From: Candidatus Omnitrophota bacterium
GTDB taxonomy: Bacteria; Omnitrophota; Gorgyraeia; B26-G9
Length of the DNA stretch: 64,000 nucleotides
Assembly: GCA_043826565.1 (NCBI GenBank)
Contig: JBDRPX010000008.1
Span: forward strand, 17,744 to 81,743
Direction of reading: 5' to 3'
Shown here piece by piece: positions 18,460-27,452 of this stretch. Positions within the stretch are counted from its first letter, which is position 1; each line of letters opens with the position of its first letter. A model generated the notes under the pieces. The model worked only from the letters and a program-made list of their open reading frames with translations, was not told the DNA's origin and made no database searches. The translations under genes and the position numbers were made by a program.

Positions 18460-19747
18460 ATAAACTATCCAAAGGGCTTTGCGGAGCATTGGACATATCC
18501 CGAATAACATGAGTATAGATCATTGTCGTCTCTACATTTTTATGGCCAAGCAATTCCTGTACTTCGCGGATATTTACACCGTTTTGAATTAAGTGTGTAG
18601 CAAAAGAATGCCTCAAGGTATGAACAGTAGCGTGTTTTATTATTCCCGCCCGCACAACCGCACTGCGCACTGCCCTCTGCAGGACTTTTTCTCCGACATG
18701 ATGCCGCCGCACTTTACCGGAACGCGGATCCACCGATAAGTCAGCCGCGGGAAAAACATACTGCCACCGCCATTCCCTGCCGGCAGAAGGATATTTGACG
18801 CTTAAAGCATCCGGTAAAAACACTTCCCCATATCCCAGAGAAATATCCTTATCATAAATAGTTTTCACCTCCTGAATATGCTTAACTAATCCATCTTTAA
18901 CATAAGCCGGAAGCATTGTCGTCCTATCCTTATCTCCTTTTGCCGCCCGGATAAAAATAATACTTGATTCCAGATCAATATCCTGAACCCTTAACCTCAA
19001 TACTTCCATCATGCGCATACCTGTACCGTATAATATCTGCGCCAGCAGCAGTGTCCTGCCGGACATTACACTAAAAAGCCGCTTTACTTCATCTATAGTT
19101 AAAACCACCGGCAGTTTTGTTCCCCGCTTCGCACGCACAGCTTTACCAATATCTCCCAGTTCAATTTTCAGCACATCCCGGAATAAAAACAACAGCGCGT
19201 TAAACGCCTGATTTTGAGAAGAAGCTGATACTCTGCGCCGAACCGCTAAATAAGTCAGGAATTCTTTTATATCCTGGGGTTCGATTTCCTTATTTTTATT
19301 TCTCACCGCAGTAATATAGCTAAAAAACCTTCCGACCCAGTCAAGGTAGGTGCGTTCTGTACTGTAAGCATAATGCTTTATTCTCAGCAGTTCTTTTGTA
19401 CGGCTAATGATTGCCTCCCGGCTATCCGCTACCGGCTTAATTGTTCCTTTAAATACGACATTTTCTTCATCAAGATAATGAGTTAAGTATATAGAAACCG
19501 CCTGTTTTGCCTGTTCAATCTGCCAGTCGGCTGTTTTTTCGTCTCCGCTTAAATAAGCTAAGAATTCCTTTAAACTATCTCCGGTTTCTCCGGAATTATC
19601 AGCGCAGAACGCCTGAAATTTCCTCACCCACCAGGCAAAATAGGGTGCTTTATTATTTTCAACGAATCCGCGGGAAACAATAAAACTTTGAAACTCCGGC
19701 ATAATCAATTTATATTCTTTTTCTATCTTTTGCACATATCCCTCCAA
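18422..19747 (-). CDS. intI: Integron integrase with N-terminal extension
   Basis: HYAYSTERTYLDW, SSQNQAFNAL, LYGTGMR, AKGDKDR, IntI patch EVFLPDALSVKYPSAGREWRWQYVFPA, HTLRHSFATHL, LGH..V.TTMIYTH. Start is TTG 19747 or ATG 19702. Confidence 0.97.
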   Translation of the reverse strand: MEGYVQKIEKEYKLIMPEFQSFIVSRGFVENNKAPYFAWWVRKFQAFCADNSGETGDSLKEFLAYLSGDEKTADWQIEQAKQAVSIYLTHYLDEENVVFKGTIKPVADSREAIISRTKELLRIKHYAYSTERTYLDWVGRFFSYITAVRNKNKEIEPQDIKEFLTYLAVRRRVSASSQNQAFNALLFLFRDVLKIELGDIGKAVRAKRGTKLPVVLTIDEVKRLFSVMSGRTLLLAQILYGTGMRMMEVLRLRVQDIDLESSIIFIRAAKGDKDRTTMLPAYVKDGLVKHIQEVKTIYDKDISLGYGEVFLPDALSVKYPSAGREWRWQYVFPAADLSVDPRSGKVRRHHVGEKVLQRAVRSAVVRAGIIKHATVHTLRHSFATHLIQNGVNIREVQELLGHKNVETTMIYTHVIRDMSNAPQSPLDSLYENNRTENNHNP

Positions 19748-19772
19748 AACAGACCTTGTCTTTTTTTATGAT

Positions 19773-19800
19773 ATTATAATACAAATAAGACACTAATCAA
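19773..19800 (-). promoter_or_regulatory. Putative PintI promoter
   Basis: Minus strand TTGATT-N16-TATAAT, overlapping an imperfect TGTC...GACA palindrome that recurs at 31607-31648. Confidence 0.55.
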
Positions 19801-19818
19801 GTGAAAAGTATATTTTCT

Positions 19819-19847
19819 TTGACTTTATTCTCTATAATTACTATAAT
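19819..19847 (+). promoter_or_regulatory. Cassette promoter Pc
   Basis: TTGACT-N17-TATAAT pointing into the array, 44 nt upstream of the attI core. Confidence 0.8.
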
Positions 19848-19869
19848 TATTTGTAAGTATTTATAAAAA

Positions 19870-19897
19870 ACGACTAGGCGTATATTTACTGTTATAC
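19870..19897 (+). other. attI site (core GTTATAC at 19891-19897)
   Basis: GTT core between intI/Pc and the first cassette ATG; nearly complementary to CTATAAC at the end of cassette 1. Left limit is approximate. Confidence 0.65.
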
Positions 19898-19905
19898 CAA
19901 AATAA

Positions 19906-20550
19906 ATGAATAAATTATTAAAACAATCACCAATATTTACACCGAACAATGAACCCTACCTAGGGAGAGAATCTGTATATCATTTTGATCAAGTAATTCT
20001 CTCTTGCCTTGAAGCGAATACCGAGATTGCGGCCTTTACCCATAAAAATAAAAACGAATTAAATGATTTACAAAAAGCAGGATGTCAGCTTATTCCCCAG
20101 GGCATTAATCTTGCACTAAGCATCCGCGAACTTGTTCGTCAGGGCTATTTATTCGCCGCAGCGGTTTTGATGCGTCCACTCATAGAAAGAACCGCAACTA
20201 TTTCATACCTTCATGAAAAACCCGAAGAAATAGCGTTGTGGAAAAATGGCTGGCAATACAAAGAAAGGCCCAAGCTGGCAAAAATGCTTGCGACAATGAA
20301 TAAAGAAGTAGATACGAAACAAGCTCAAGAAATATGCGATACCTTTAATTCTCTAACACACGGCGATCCAATTAGTTCATCATTTAATTTAGTCAAACTT
20401 TCGTCCGGTGGCCTCGGTTATTCCGTAGGCAAAACTCTTAACGAACCGGAATTTTGTGATTTTATTTGTTTTCAGTCGTATTGCTATTTAATTGTCATAA
20501 TGGGTAGAATGGCGGCATATTTTCCTAAAACAAAAAAAGAAGAGCTATAA
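19906..20550 (+). CDS. Cassette 1: hypothetical protein (DUF5677-like)
   Basis: AAVLMRPLIE...SLTHG pattern; stop overlaps attC1. Confidence 0.65.
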   Translation: MNKLLKQSPIFTPNNEPYLGRESVYHFDQVILSCLEANTEIAAFTHKNKNELNDLQKAGCQLIPQGINLALSIRELVRQGYLFAAAVLMRPLIERTATISYLHEKPEEIALWKNGWQYKERPKLAKMLATMNKEVDTKQAQEICDTFNSLTHGDPISSSFNLVKLSSGGLGYSVGKTLNEPEFCDFICFQSYCYLIVIMGRMAAYFPKTKKEEL

Positions 20551-20621
20551 CAAATAAATCCACCTGACCTTCACCGCCGCCTTTCAGGCGTCGGTTCAGG
20601 CAGGTGATTACTGTGTTAGGT
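20545..20621 (+). repeat. attC1
   Basis: CTATAAC...ATCCACCTGACCT...AGGCAGGTGAT...GTTAGGT. Confidence 0.9.
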
Positions 20622-20632
20622 GAAAATAAAAT

Positions 20633-21328
20633 ATGAAAGAAATAAGCAATTTTTTAAACTTAATTCCTATTATAAAGCTTTATCCGTTATGGGCACAGAT
20701 ATCCATTCTTATCTGCGTGGTTATTATTTTATCTATTTTATTTTTTGCACCACGCGAAACACTCCTTATTGCAGAAAATGAAAAGAAAAAAAACAATGTG
20801 AATATTGAAAAAATAGATCATGCTGGAGATATTGTAGCCGGCGATAAAATTATTATTCAAGGCGATGCTACTACCAAAGAAAACAACAAAGAAGATGTTG
20901 AATCTAAAATAAAAATAGCAAAAGTAAAAATAAATAGAGAATTAGAAGATTTTGAACATATTGTGGCAGAAACCTATGAATTTTTCAGAAAAGAAGCAGA
21001 GGCGTTAGCAGGTCAATTTAACACACGAGGAATGCTTACCTCTGGCGTATTCATTAAAGCGCAAATGGAATTATCTCAAAAAACTAAAGAAAAGATAGAC
21101 CGATTATGGCTTAAAATGGATAGAAATATTGAAGACACATTAATTAATAGTTTTAATATAACTTCGTTTACCCCCATGATCAATGAATTTCTAAAAGAGC
21201 ATAACAAAAGATCCGATTTGTTTAATGCTAAAAAAGAGATATATCATTATTTAGAATCATCACCGAAAAGCTGGGAAATAAAAATTTTTAATGAGGAAAA
21301 AATAACAAAGAATTTTAAATTACAATAA
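20633..21328 (+). CDS. Cassette 2: hypothetical single-TM protein
   Basis: N-terminal TM, GDIVAGDKI motif, coiled C-terminus. Confidence 0.75.
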   Translation: MKEISNFLNLIPIIKLYPLWAQISILICVVIILSILFFAPRETLLIAENEKKKNNVNIEKIDHAGDIVAGDKIIIQGDATTKENNKEDVESKIKIAKVKINRELEDFEHIVAETYEFFRKEAEALAGQFNTRGMLTSGVFIKAQMELSQKTKEKIDRLWLKMDRNIEDTLINSFNITSFTPMINEFLKEHNKRSDLFNAKKEIYHYLESSPKSWEIKIFNEEKITKNFKLQ

Positions 21329-21331
21329 AAC

Positions 21332-21408
21332 ACCTAACGACGCACTTCACCTAACTGGTGAGAGCGCGCAAAGTAGTTCACCCCAGTAGGTGAGTTTGAG
21401 TGTTAGGC
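21332..21408 (+). repeat. attC2
   Basis: ACCTAAC...CACCTAACTGG...CCAGTAGGTGAG...GTTAGGC. Confidence 0.9.
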
Positions 21409-21417
21409 GTAAATAAA

Positions 21418-21735
21418 ATGAATTGGACAAATATTTATAATTTCCTAAGTCACCCCTTAATAAATTTAATAATTTATATTGCCATAATAATCCCATTGGT
21501 GGCCTCTGTGATGCAATATAAAAAAGATAAAAAACAATATAAAAGGATAATAATCGGGTTTTTATTAATACTCTTGAGCCGCATGGCTCAAAATTTTGTC
21601 CATCATGCATTCCCTAATCCAGAAAGAACAATTACTAATATAGCTCTTTCAATAATAATTGTTGCCATGGCTATAGTGGGTGCAATCTTAGTTATATGCA
21701 CTTCACTAAAAAATATAAAGCAAATAAAATCATAA
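21418..21735 (+). CDS. Cassette 3: three-TM hypothetical protein
   Basis: ATG 21418 after the core; three hydrophobic segments. Confidence 0.75.
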   Translation: MNWTNIYNFLSHPLINLIIYIAIIIPLVASVMQYKKDKKQYKRIIIGFLLILLSRMAQNFVHHAFPNPERTITNIALSIIIVAMAIVGAILVICTSLKNIKQIKS

Positions 21736-21743
21736 AATTAATA

Positions 21744-21819
21744 GCCTAACCAGCTAATCCAGCGGACCTTCCAGCGGCTCAAATGAGCCGCCTCCAGGCC
21801 GCTGATTATGTTGTTAGGA
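21744..21819 (+). repeat. attC3
   Basis: GCCTAAC...ATCCAGCGGACC...GGCCGCTGAT...GTTAGGA. Confidence 0.9.
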
Positions 21820-21829
21820 GAAGATAAAA

Positions 21830-22186
21830 ATGAAAATAAAAAATAAAATTTTAATATTATTATTATTTGTAGTTTTACTTGTTGGATGCGCAACAGGTGG
21901 ATTTGCTCAATTTAAGGGTAAAGCTCTCGAATTAGATTTGCCTGTGTACTCTGGGGTTCCTCCCATAGAATATCAATATACTAGTCTTGGTTCTGTGTCG
22001 GGAGAATATAATGAAACATCTTTTTTGGGAAAACATGTTGGAGGCTCACTTTTTGCAGCTCTAGAGGCTATGGTAAAAAATGCTAAAGATATGGGAGCAA
22101 ATGCAATAATAAAAGTTGAGATGGCAAGTGGAAAAGGTTACGGCTATAATGGTGAAGCTGTGGTCTTTGATGAATTACCAAAATAA
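21830..22186 (+). CDS. Cassette 4: lipoprotein, YbjQ/heavy-metal-binding-like domain
   Basis: Lipobox LVGC; YTSLGSV...AKDMGANAII...GEAV. Confidence 0.75.
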   Translation: MKIKNKILILLLFVVLLVGCATGGFAQFKGKALELDLPVYSGVPPIEYQYTSLGSVSGEYNETSFLGKHVGGSLFAALEAMVKNAKDMGANAIIKVEMASGKGYGYNGEAVVFDELPK

Positions 22187-22190
22187 AAAC

Positions 22191-22267
22191 TCCTAACAAA
22201 TCACTACAGGCAACTGGAGGGAGCACTTAATGGGGTTCATCCCAGTGCCTGAGCTCAAATGTTATAG
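22191..22267 (+). repeat. attC4
   Basis: TCCTAAC...CAGGCAACTGG...CCAGTGCCTGAG...GTTATAG. Confidence 0.9.
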
Positions 22268-22279
22268 GGAGAATAAATA

Positions 22280-22702
22280 ATGGAAGAATTTATTAAAAAT
22301 AAAGAAGAATTGATTAATGAGCAGATAAACGCAGCAATAAATATCAAGGATGAATTTAGCATAGAAAAAGCGATTGGGTATGTTATTGGGGAAAAATTCT
22401 ATAATTTAATGAAGGAATTTCAATGTTTGCAAAAAAATCATAAGGATAAAACTGAAACTATAAACGATTTCAGATTGTTGATACTCAAAAGTTCGGGAAA
22501 GATTATGGAAATATTTACCGAAGAAGAAATTAACAATTATTTTAAATTAAATCCAAGATTTGGTGCGTTGGGCCATGTATTAAGTGAAGATGAACATAAA
22601 TTATTTGTGGAAAAAGAAGCAGTGGAACATACAATTGACACAGAAATAGAAGATACCTTCATTATGGGAGAAATGAAAAAATATTTAAAAATCAACTTAT
22701 AA
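22280..22702 (+). CDS. Cassette 5: hypothetical protein
   Basis: 140-aa acidic ORF filling the cassette. Confidence 0.75.
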   Translation: MEEFIKNKEELINEQINAAINIKDEFSIEKAIGYVIGEKFYNLMKEFQCLQKNHKDKTETINDFRLLILKSSGKIMEIFTEEEINNYFKLNPRFGALGHVLSEDEHKLFVEKEAVEHTIDTEIEDTFIMGEMKKYLKINL

Positions 22703-22771
22703 CGACTCAATCGAGCGGATTTTTTCCGCGGCTAAAGCCGCTCCAAAAACCGCTCATTTCAAATGTTATGG
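22697..22771 (+). repeat. attC5
   Basis: TTATAAC...GAGCGGATTTTT...AAAAACCGCTC...GTTATGG. Confidence 0.85.
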
Positions 22772-22780
22772 TAAAAAATT

Positions 22781-23287
22781 ATGAAAAAAGAAATAAATAT
22801 CTTATATACTAATGGGAAAGGTATTTATAAAATTTATTGGATTAAGCAATCGGTGCAAAAAGATATCTATCATGGCTTCCATAATAAAAAATTTGAGGGT
22901 TTGCATTGGTCGCACCATAAAGATGGCAATACGTTTGTACGATCAACAAAATCACAACCTTACAAAACACATACGGGGAGTCCAATTGCAAAAATTAAAG
23001 ATCTCTACAACTTACCTACTATTTGTGTAAAAGGCAATAATTTATCTGAACAAGGATTTTCTAAATATGGCAGTAAAAAATTAGCTAATCCGATATTAGT
23101 TGATACACGATTGTTTCCGGATGATTCAACAATAAACATACATTTAAGCTTGCTTCCTCCTGATAAAATTGAACGATTAAATTCAAAGTGGTTTCATAAA
23201 AAGCATAAAGATGACTATAAGATACTACAAATAGTACAAGATATAAATCCTTGGTTAGTTATTCATATACAAGGAATACTAAATTAA
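22781..23287 (+). CDS. Cassette 6: hypothetical protein
   Basis: 168-aa basic ORF filling the cassette. Confidence 0.75.
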   Translation: MKKEINILYTNGKGIYKIYWIKQSVQKDIYHGFHNKKFEGLHWSHHKDGNTFVRSTKSQPYKTHTGSPIAKIKDLYNLPTICVKGNNLSEQGFSKYGSKKLANPILVDTRLFPDDSTINIHLSLLPPDKIERLNSKWFHKKHKDDYKILQIVQDINPWLVIHIQGILN

Positions 23288-23290
23288 AAA

Positions 23291-23367
23291 CCATAACAAC
23301 ACACTTCACCTAACTGGTGGGAGCGCGCAAAGTAGTTCACCCCAGTAGGTGAGTTTGAATGTTAGAC
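23291..23367 (+). repeat. attC6
   Basis: CCATAAC...GTTAGAC; interior nearly identical to attC2 and attC7. Confidence 0.9.
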
Positions 23368-23379
23368 GAGAAAATAAAT

Positions 23380-24441
23380 ATGAATTTAAATATTTTAATT
23401 TCCACAGCCATAGGTGCATTTATAGGTAGCTCTATTACTCTGCTTGCTACTATAATTTCTCACTATTTGCAATGTTCAGCTCAACAGCAAAAGGAAGAAA
23501 AAGAAATAAAAGGTTTTCTGCAAGCTATTCACGACGAAATAGAAACTTTGTGGAAAATTTATACGGAAGGGATGGGAAATATTTTGGAAGCTACTCCAAT
23601 AAATACACCCTTGCCATATTACTACCCTCTTACACAAGAATATTTTACTATATATGTAAACAATACATCTTTTGTATCAAAAATTGAGGATATTGTATTA
23701 AGAAAAAATATAGTAGAGACATATGTTCAGGCAAAAGGACTAATCGATTCCTATAAGATGAATAATGAATTAGTTTATAAATATGAACATTCTGCTTGGA
23801 CATACCAAGAAACTCAGTCTAATATCCATAAGATAAGTATGGATGCACACCATAAAGCTTTGATCGAATATGCAAAAAGCTTAAAAGAAACACACGAAAA
23901 GGTTAAGCAGAAAGTGCAGTTATTATTGAAAAGTTTAAAAACATCATCCTCAAGTGCAAAAAAGGAGGAATCTATGAACGGGAAAGAAATACGAGCTCAG
24001 ATAGACACGGAAAATGTAAAAGGGCTTATTTTGATAAACGGTGGCGGGGCTGTTGCTTTATTGACCTTTTTGCCATCAATTTTAAATAATCCCAGCTATG
24101 AACCTCTTTCGAAAGCTATTCTTAATGGATTGCTCATTTTTTCAATAGGTTTGATTTCAGCTTTAATTCATAATCATCTTAGACGCAGATGTTCACTTGC
24201 ATATGAGAGCTCTAAACCAATAAAAACTTTTTTAGGTTTTTCCGAACCTTGGGTTGGACATATTAGTTATTTCTTTATGTACACTTCTTATGCACTATTC
24301 ATTGTTGCAGTAGTTTTAGTTTTTTTAGGAGGACATACGGTACTTAACTCAGACAAACAAACCCCTAAAGAAAACGCAGTTGCAGAAATTAATATTAGTA
24401 CAGATAAGGATGTTAACGTTTCTAAAACAAATAATAAATAA
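23380..24441 (+). CDS. Cassette 7: membrane protein, probable fusion of two cassette genes
   Basis: ATG 23380; internal in-frame AAGGAGG + ATG 23974; second half has a LINGGGAVALL TM motif. Confidence 0.7.
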   Translation: MNLNILISTAIGAFIGSSITLLATIISHYLQCSAQQQKEEKEIKGFLQAIHDEIETLWKIYTEGMGNILEATPINTPLPYYYPLTQEYFTIYVNNTSFVSKIEDIVLRKNIVETYVQAKGLIDSYKMNNELVYKYEHSAWTYQETQSNIHKISMDAHHKALIEYAKSLKETHEKVKQKVQLLLKSLKTSSSSAKKEESMNGKEIRAQIDTENVKGLILINGGGAVALLTFLPSILNNPSYEPLSKAILNGLLIFSIGLISALIHNHLRRRCSLAYESSKPIKTFLGFSEPWVGHISYFFMYTSYALFIVAVVLVFLGGHTVLNSDKQTPKENAVAEINISTDKDVNVSKTNNK

Positions 24442-24479
24442 AAACATCTAACATCTATAAGACCCCCGGGTGTCAAGAG

Positions 24480-24958
24480 AAAATAGTTCCGTGACACAGG
24501 GTATTTAAGTACCATGTATTAATTGGCTCTTAAAAATTAATAAAAAACGAATTCTGACTTAATCTCAAATTGAGCTGCGAAAACATGTTCCGCGCTAAAC
24601 ATCTATACGGGCTCATCAACCAATCCGCAAAATTGCTACAGTAGTCCTAGTACAGTTATATCTATACGTCCCAGAGAATATTTTATGCCCTTATACCGTC
24701 CCATTCAATATGCAAGAGCTGCTCCGAATATTCGGAGTGCCAGTTAGTTCCGGGCTCGGGGAAGGAGCAGAACACGTAAAATCATTAATTATCTAAGAAC
24801 AAGTTATGGCACAGGCAGCAACCCATTCAACGCGACAGGCTATATGAAATAGCTCAAGAGGTCATCCAAGATCTATTCTTACAGGCCATTTTCAGAACTC
24901 TAATTCAAGCTTATGTTTCTATGCCAGTTAGAAGTCGGGATCATTGCCGCCTGGCCGA
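24480..24958 (-). ncRNA. Putative bridge/seek RNA of the IS1111 element
   Basis: Non-coding segment downstream of tnp with repeated TGCCAGTTAG / CCCATTCAA motif pairs and segments matching both target flanks and the IS end. Boundaries are approximate. Confidence 0.65.
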
Positions 24959-26005
24959 TTAATGCGCTAAAAATCTATCAATATCAAAAACCTTCCCGCT
25001 TTTGAGCATATAATAAACTACTGTCGCGATCTTATGAGCTAAGATACTGTATGCTTTCATTTTGCCTTTTTTACTTTCCAGTTTTTTATAATATTTTTCA
25101 ATTTTAGGATTAAACTTAGTAACAAATATAGCTGCCTCCGAAAACACTCGTTTAAGATACACATTACCCATTTTTTTGCCTCCGGCGCCATATCTTTTAC
25201 CGGCTGATTCGTGAGCGCATCTAACCAGCCGGCAGTATGAGGAGAATTTTTGTACTGATTCAAACCGATTGATATCGTCTACTTCATAGAGGATGGTTAA
25301 GGCAATAATATCGCCGATGCCATTTATGCTTTGCAAGATTGATAATTCTTTGCGGTTAAACGCTCTTGCCTGAGCGCGAATATATACTTCCAGATCACTT
25401 ATTGTTTTATTATAAAAATCTATTGTTTTTAAATTCGCGTCTACTGATCTTTTTACGGCTTCATCATCGAATCGCTCATATAGATCAATTCGTTTTGCGG
25501 TAACATTGGATATCCTGCCTAAGGAATCTTTATTAGCCTGATAGTTTAAGATCTGGATATGTGCAATAAGCTTTGCTCTTATCTCTACAAAATACAACCT
25601 TCGACGCAAAAGGTCACGCAAAGACCGTTTTTCTTTCGAACAGGCATAAGCCAAAGGAAACATCCCGGATTGCGTTAGTCTGGCTATTTTCTCAGAATCT
25701 ATCTTATCGTTCTTAACTTTTGAACCGCTGATTGCTTTCATATAGTAGGGATGTCCCAGAATAAATTCAAATCCATGCTCTGTGCAAAAATCAGATAGCC
25801 AATACCAGGCAAATGTGCTTTCGCAGACGACTACGATATTCTTCCGATACGGCTTAAGTATTGCCAATAACTTATCAGTTTCCAGATTTTTGAGCTTACG
25901 ATGCACGATCACCTTTTTATCAGCTCCGATAATACACAGATAAATAATCCTTGAATGAACATCAATCCCGCAGTAAAATTTACTATATGGCTTATAAAAA
26001 CGCAT
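24959..26005 (-). CDS. IS110-family DEDD transposase/recombinase
   Basis: GIDVH, CEST, KNDKIDS catalytic acidic residues; HESAGK serine motif; AAGGAGG RBS before ATG 26005. Confidence 0.95.
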   Translation of the reverse strand: MRFYKPYSKFYCGIDVHSRIIYLCIIGADKKVIVHRKLKNLETDKLLAILKPYRKNIVVVCESTFAWYWLSDFCTEHGFEFILGHPYYMKAISGSKVKNDKIDSEKIARLTQSGMFPLAYACSKEKRSLRDLLRRRLYFVEIRAKLIAHIQILNYQANKDSLGRISNVTAKRIDLYERFDDEAVKRSVDANLKTIDFYNKTISDLEVYIRAQARAFNRKELSILQSINGIGDIIALTILYEVDDINRFESVQKFSSYCRLVRCAHESAGKRYGAGGKKMGNVYLKRVFSEAAIFVTKFNPKIEKYYKKLESKKGKMKAYSILAHKIATVVYYMLKSGKVFDIDRFLAH

Positions 26006-26210
26006 AAAGGCCTCCTTTGCTGTATGTGCGTTCCCGGTATGGTTCAGCACGATTAAAATTATGCATTGAGCTCCGCGCTCAATAGCATGTCTATTTTACA
26101 CGAAGGGGGTCTTTATATTATCAACGCACTTCACCTAACTGGTGGGTGCGCGCAAAGTAGTTCACCCCAGCAGGTGAGTTTGAATGTTATATGAAGATAA
26201 ATACTAAATT

Positions 26211-26885
26211 ATGAAAATTAAGGAAAAATATACTATTTGTATGCAATGGTTTAAAAAAAATTGGAAACCTGTGATTCCAATTGTGATTTCTATAGTTGCA
26301 ATTTGTTATGCTAGAAGTGCGAATATCACTGCAAAGAATAATTATGAGCTATCGAAAATAATAGCTAACCTTAATTTACGTCCAATAATTCGATTATCTA
26401 CTCAATTGCGAGATTCAGGTAAAATGCCAGCCCATTTTACTATTACTAATATAGGTCCCATTGATGCACTTCAAGTAAAAGTTGAAATGTATACTCACCG
26501 CTTTATTCCCAAAACTGGCAAATTTCCAGTTTCTACTCGAGATTCTTCACACGAACATTATGTCCCAAAATTAGAACCCCAAAAACCAGAAGCATTTAAA
26601 TTTAGTTCTCATTGGTTGAATGTAAATTCTCGAGTAGCTATTCCCCCTGAAAACAACGTTATAGAGATAAGAATTACTTACAGAAGACCAAAAGACTTGA
26701 AAGAATTCGACGAAAGTGCTTTCTTCTTTATAAGTCCTGAAAATAACTGGGTTGGGGAAAATGAGACTATCATTAATACCGAAACTTACGATAAAATAAA
26801 AGCAGCATTATTTAAATATGTAACTAAAGAGACTATCCCTATTTATGATGAATGGCGGGGGGATTTATTACACGAGAACAATTAA
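26211..26885 (+). CDS. Cassette 8: hypothetical single-TM protein
   Basis: TM followed by RP...ITNIGP beta-rich domain. Confidence 0.75.
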   Translation: MKIKEKYTICMQWFKKNWKPVIPIVISIVAICYARSANITAKNNYELSKIIANLNLRPIIRLSTQLRDSGKMPAHFTITNIGPIDALQVKVEMYTHRFIPKTGKFPVSTRDSSHEHYVPKLEPQKPEAFKFSSHWLNVNSRVAIPPENNVIEIRITYRRPKDLKEFDESAFFFISPENNWVGENETIINTETYDKIKAALFKYVTKETIPIYDEWRGDLLHENN

Positions 26886-26891
26886 AACATC

Positions 26892-26959
26892 ATCTAACGA
26901 TTCGCTACAGGCAATCGGAACCGCTGCGCGTTTCCTCTGCCTGAGCTCAAATGTTAGAC
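26892..26959 (+). repeat. attC8
   Basis: ATCTAAC...CAGGCA...TGCCTGAGCTCAAAT-GTTAGAC. Confidence 0.9.
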
Positions 26960-26972
26960 GAAATTATAAAAT

Positions 26973-27338
26973 ATGATTATTTTTAATTTTATTACAATTA
27001 TAATAGGAGCCATTATTACCTTGGTGTTACCTATAGGTATATATAGGAAAAAAGTATTAACCATTTCGGACAATTTATGTTTCAGAAAAGCAATCTATAC
27101 ATTACTGTTTTCACCAATATCGGCAGTATTTTCCATCATCGGAATAAATATTGCGGGATTATTGCATGGATCATTCATGGCTATAGGGGCACCAACGTTC
27201 AGCCATTACCATGGAGAATTTATCTACCATGTATATTGGTTGCTTTTACCAGTATTCTTCTTTATTCTGGGAATATGTAAATTAATAAAAGCTATTGGTT
27301 TAAAATTTAAAACTTTACTATCAAACAAAAAACAATAA
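26973..27338 (+). CDS. Cassette 9: three-TM hypothetical protein
   Basis: 121-aa hydrophobic ORF. Confidence 0.75.
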   Translation: MIIFNFITIIIGAIITLVLPIGIYRKKVLTISDNLCFRKAIYTLLFSPISAVFSIIGINIAGLLHGSFMAIGAPTFSHYHGEFIYHVYWLLLPVFFFILGICKLIKAIGLKFKTLLSNKKQ

Positions 27339-27341
27339 AAC

Positions 27342-27423
27342 GTCTAACAATCTCATCCAGCCGACCTGAACCGCGGCCTGATTTGCGCGACAGCGGTTCA
27401 GGCGGCTGATTATATTGTTATGT
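27342..27423 (+). repeat. attC9
   Basis: GTCTAAC...ATCCAGCCGACCTGAACCGC...GCGGTTCAGGCGGCTGAT...GTTATGT. Confidence 0.9.
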
Positions 27424-27452
27424 ATATTATAAAAAATTAATCTGGAGGGAAT

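Larger units (their letters stand above)
24453..26122 (-). mobile_element. IS110-family (IS1111 group) attC-targeting insertion sequence
   Basis: Subterminal IRs TATAAGACCCCC (24456-24467) and GGGGGTCTTTATA (26105-26117); CA core at both junctions; no target duplication; long non-coding region 3' of tnp. Confidence 0.9.
24446..26192 (+). repeat. attC7 interrupted by IS (24446-24452 joined to 26123-26192)
   Basis: Removing 24453-26122 restores ATCTAAC-AACGCACTTCACCTAACTGG...GTTATAT, matching attC2/attC6. Confidence 0.9.
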
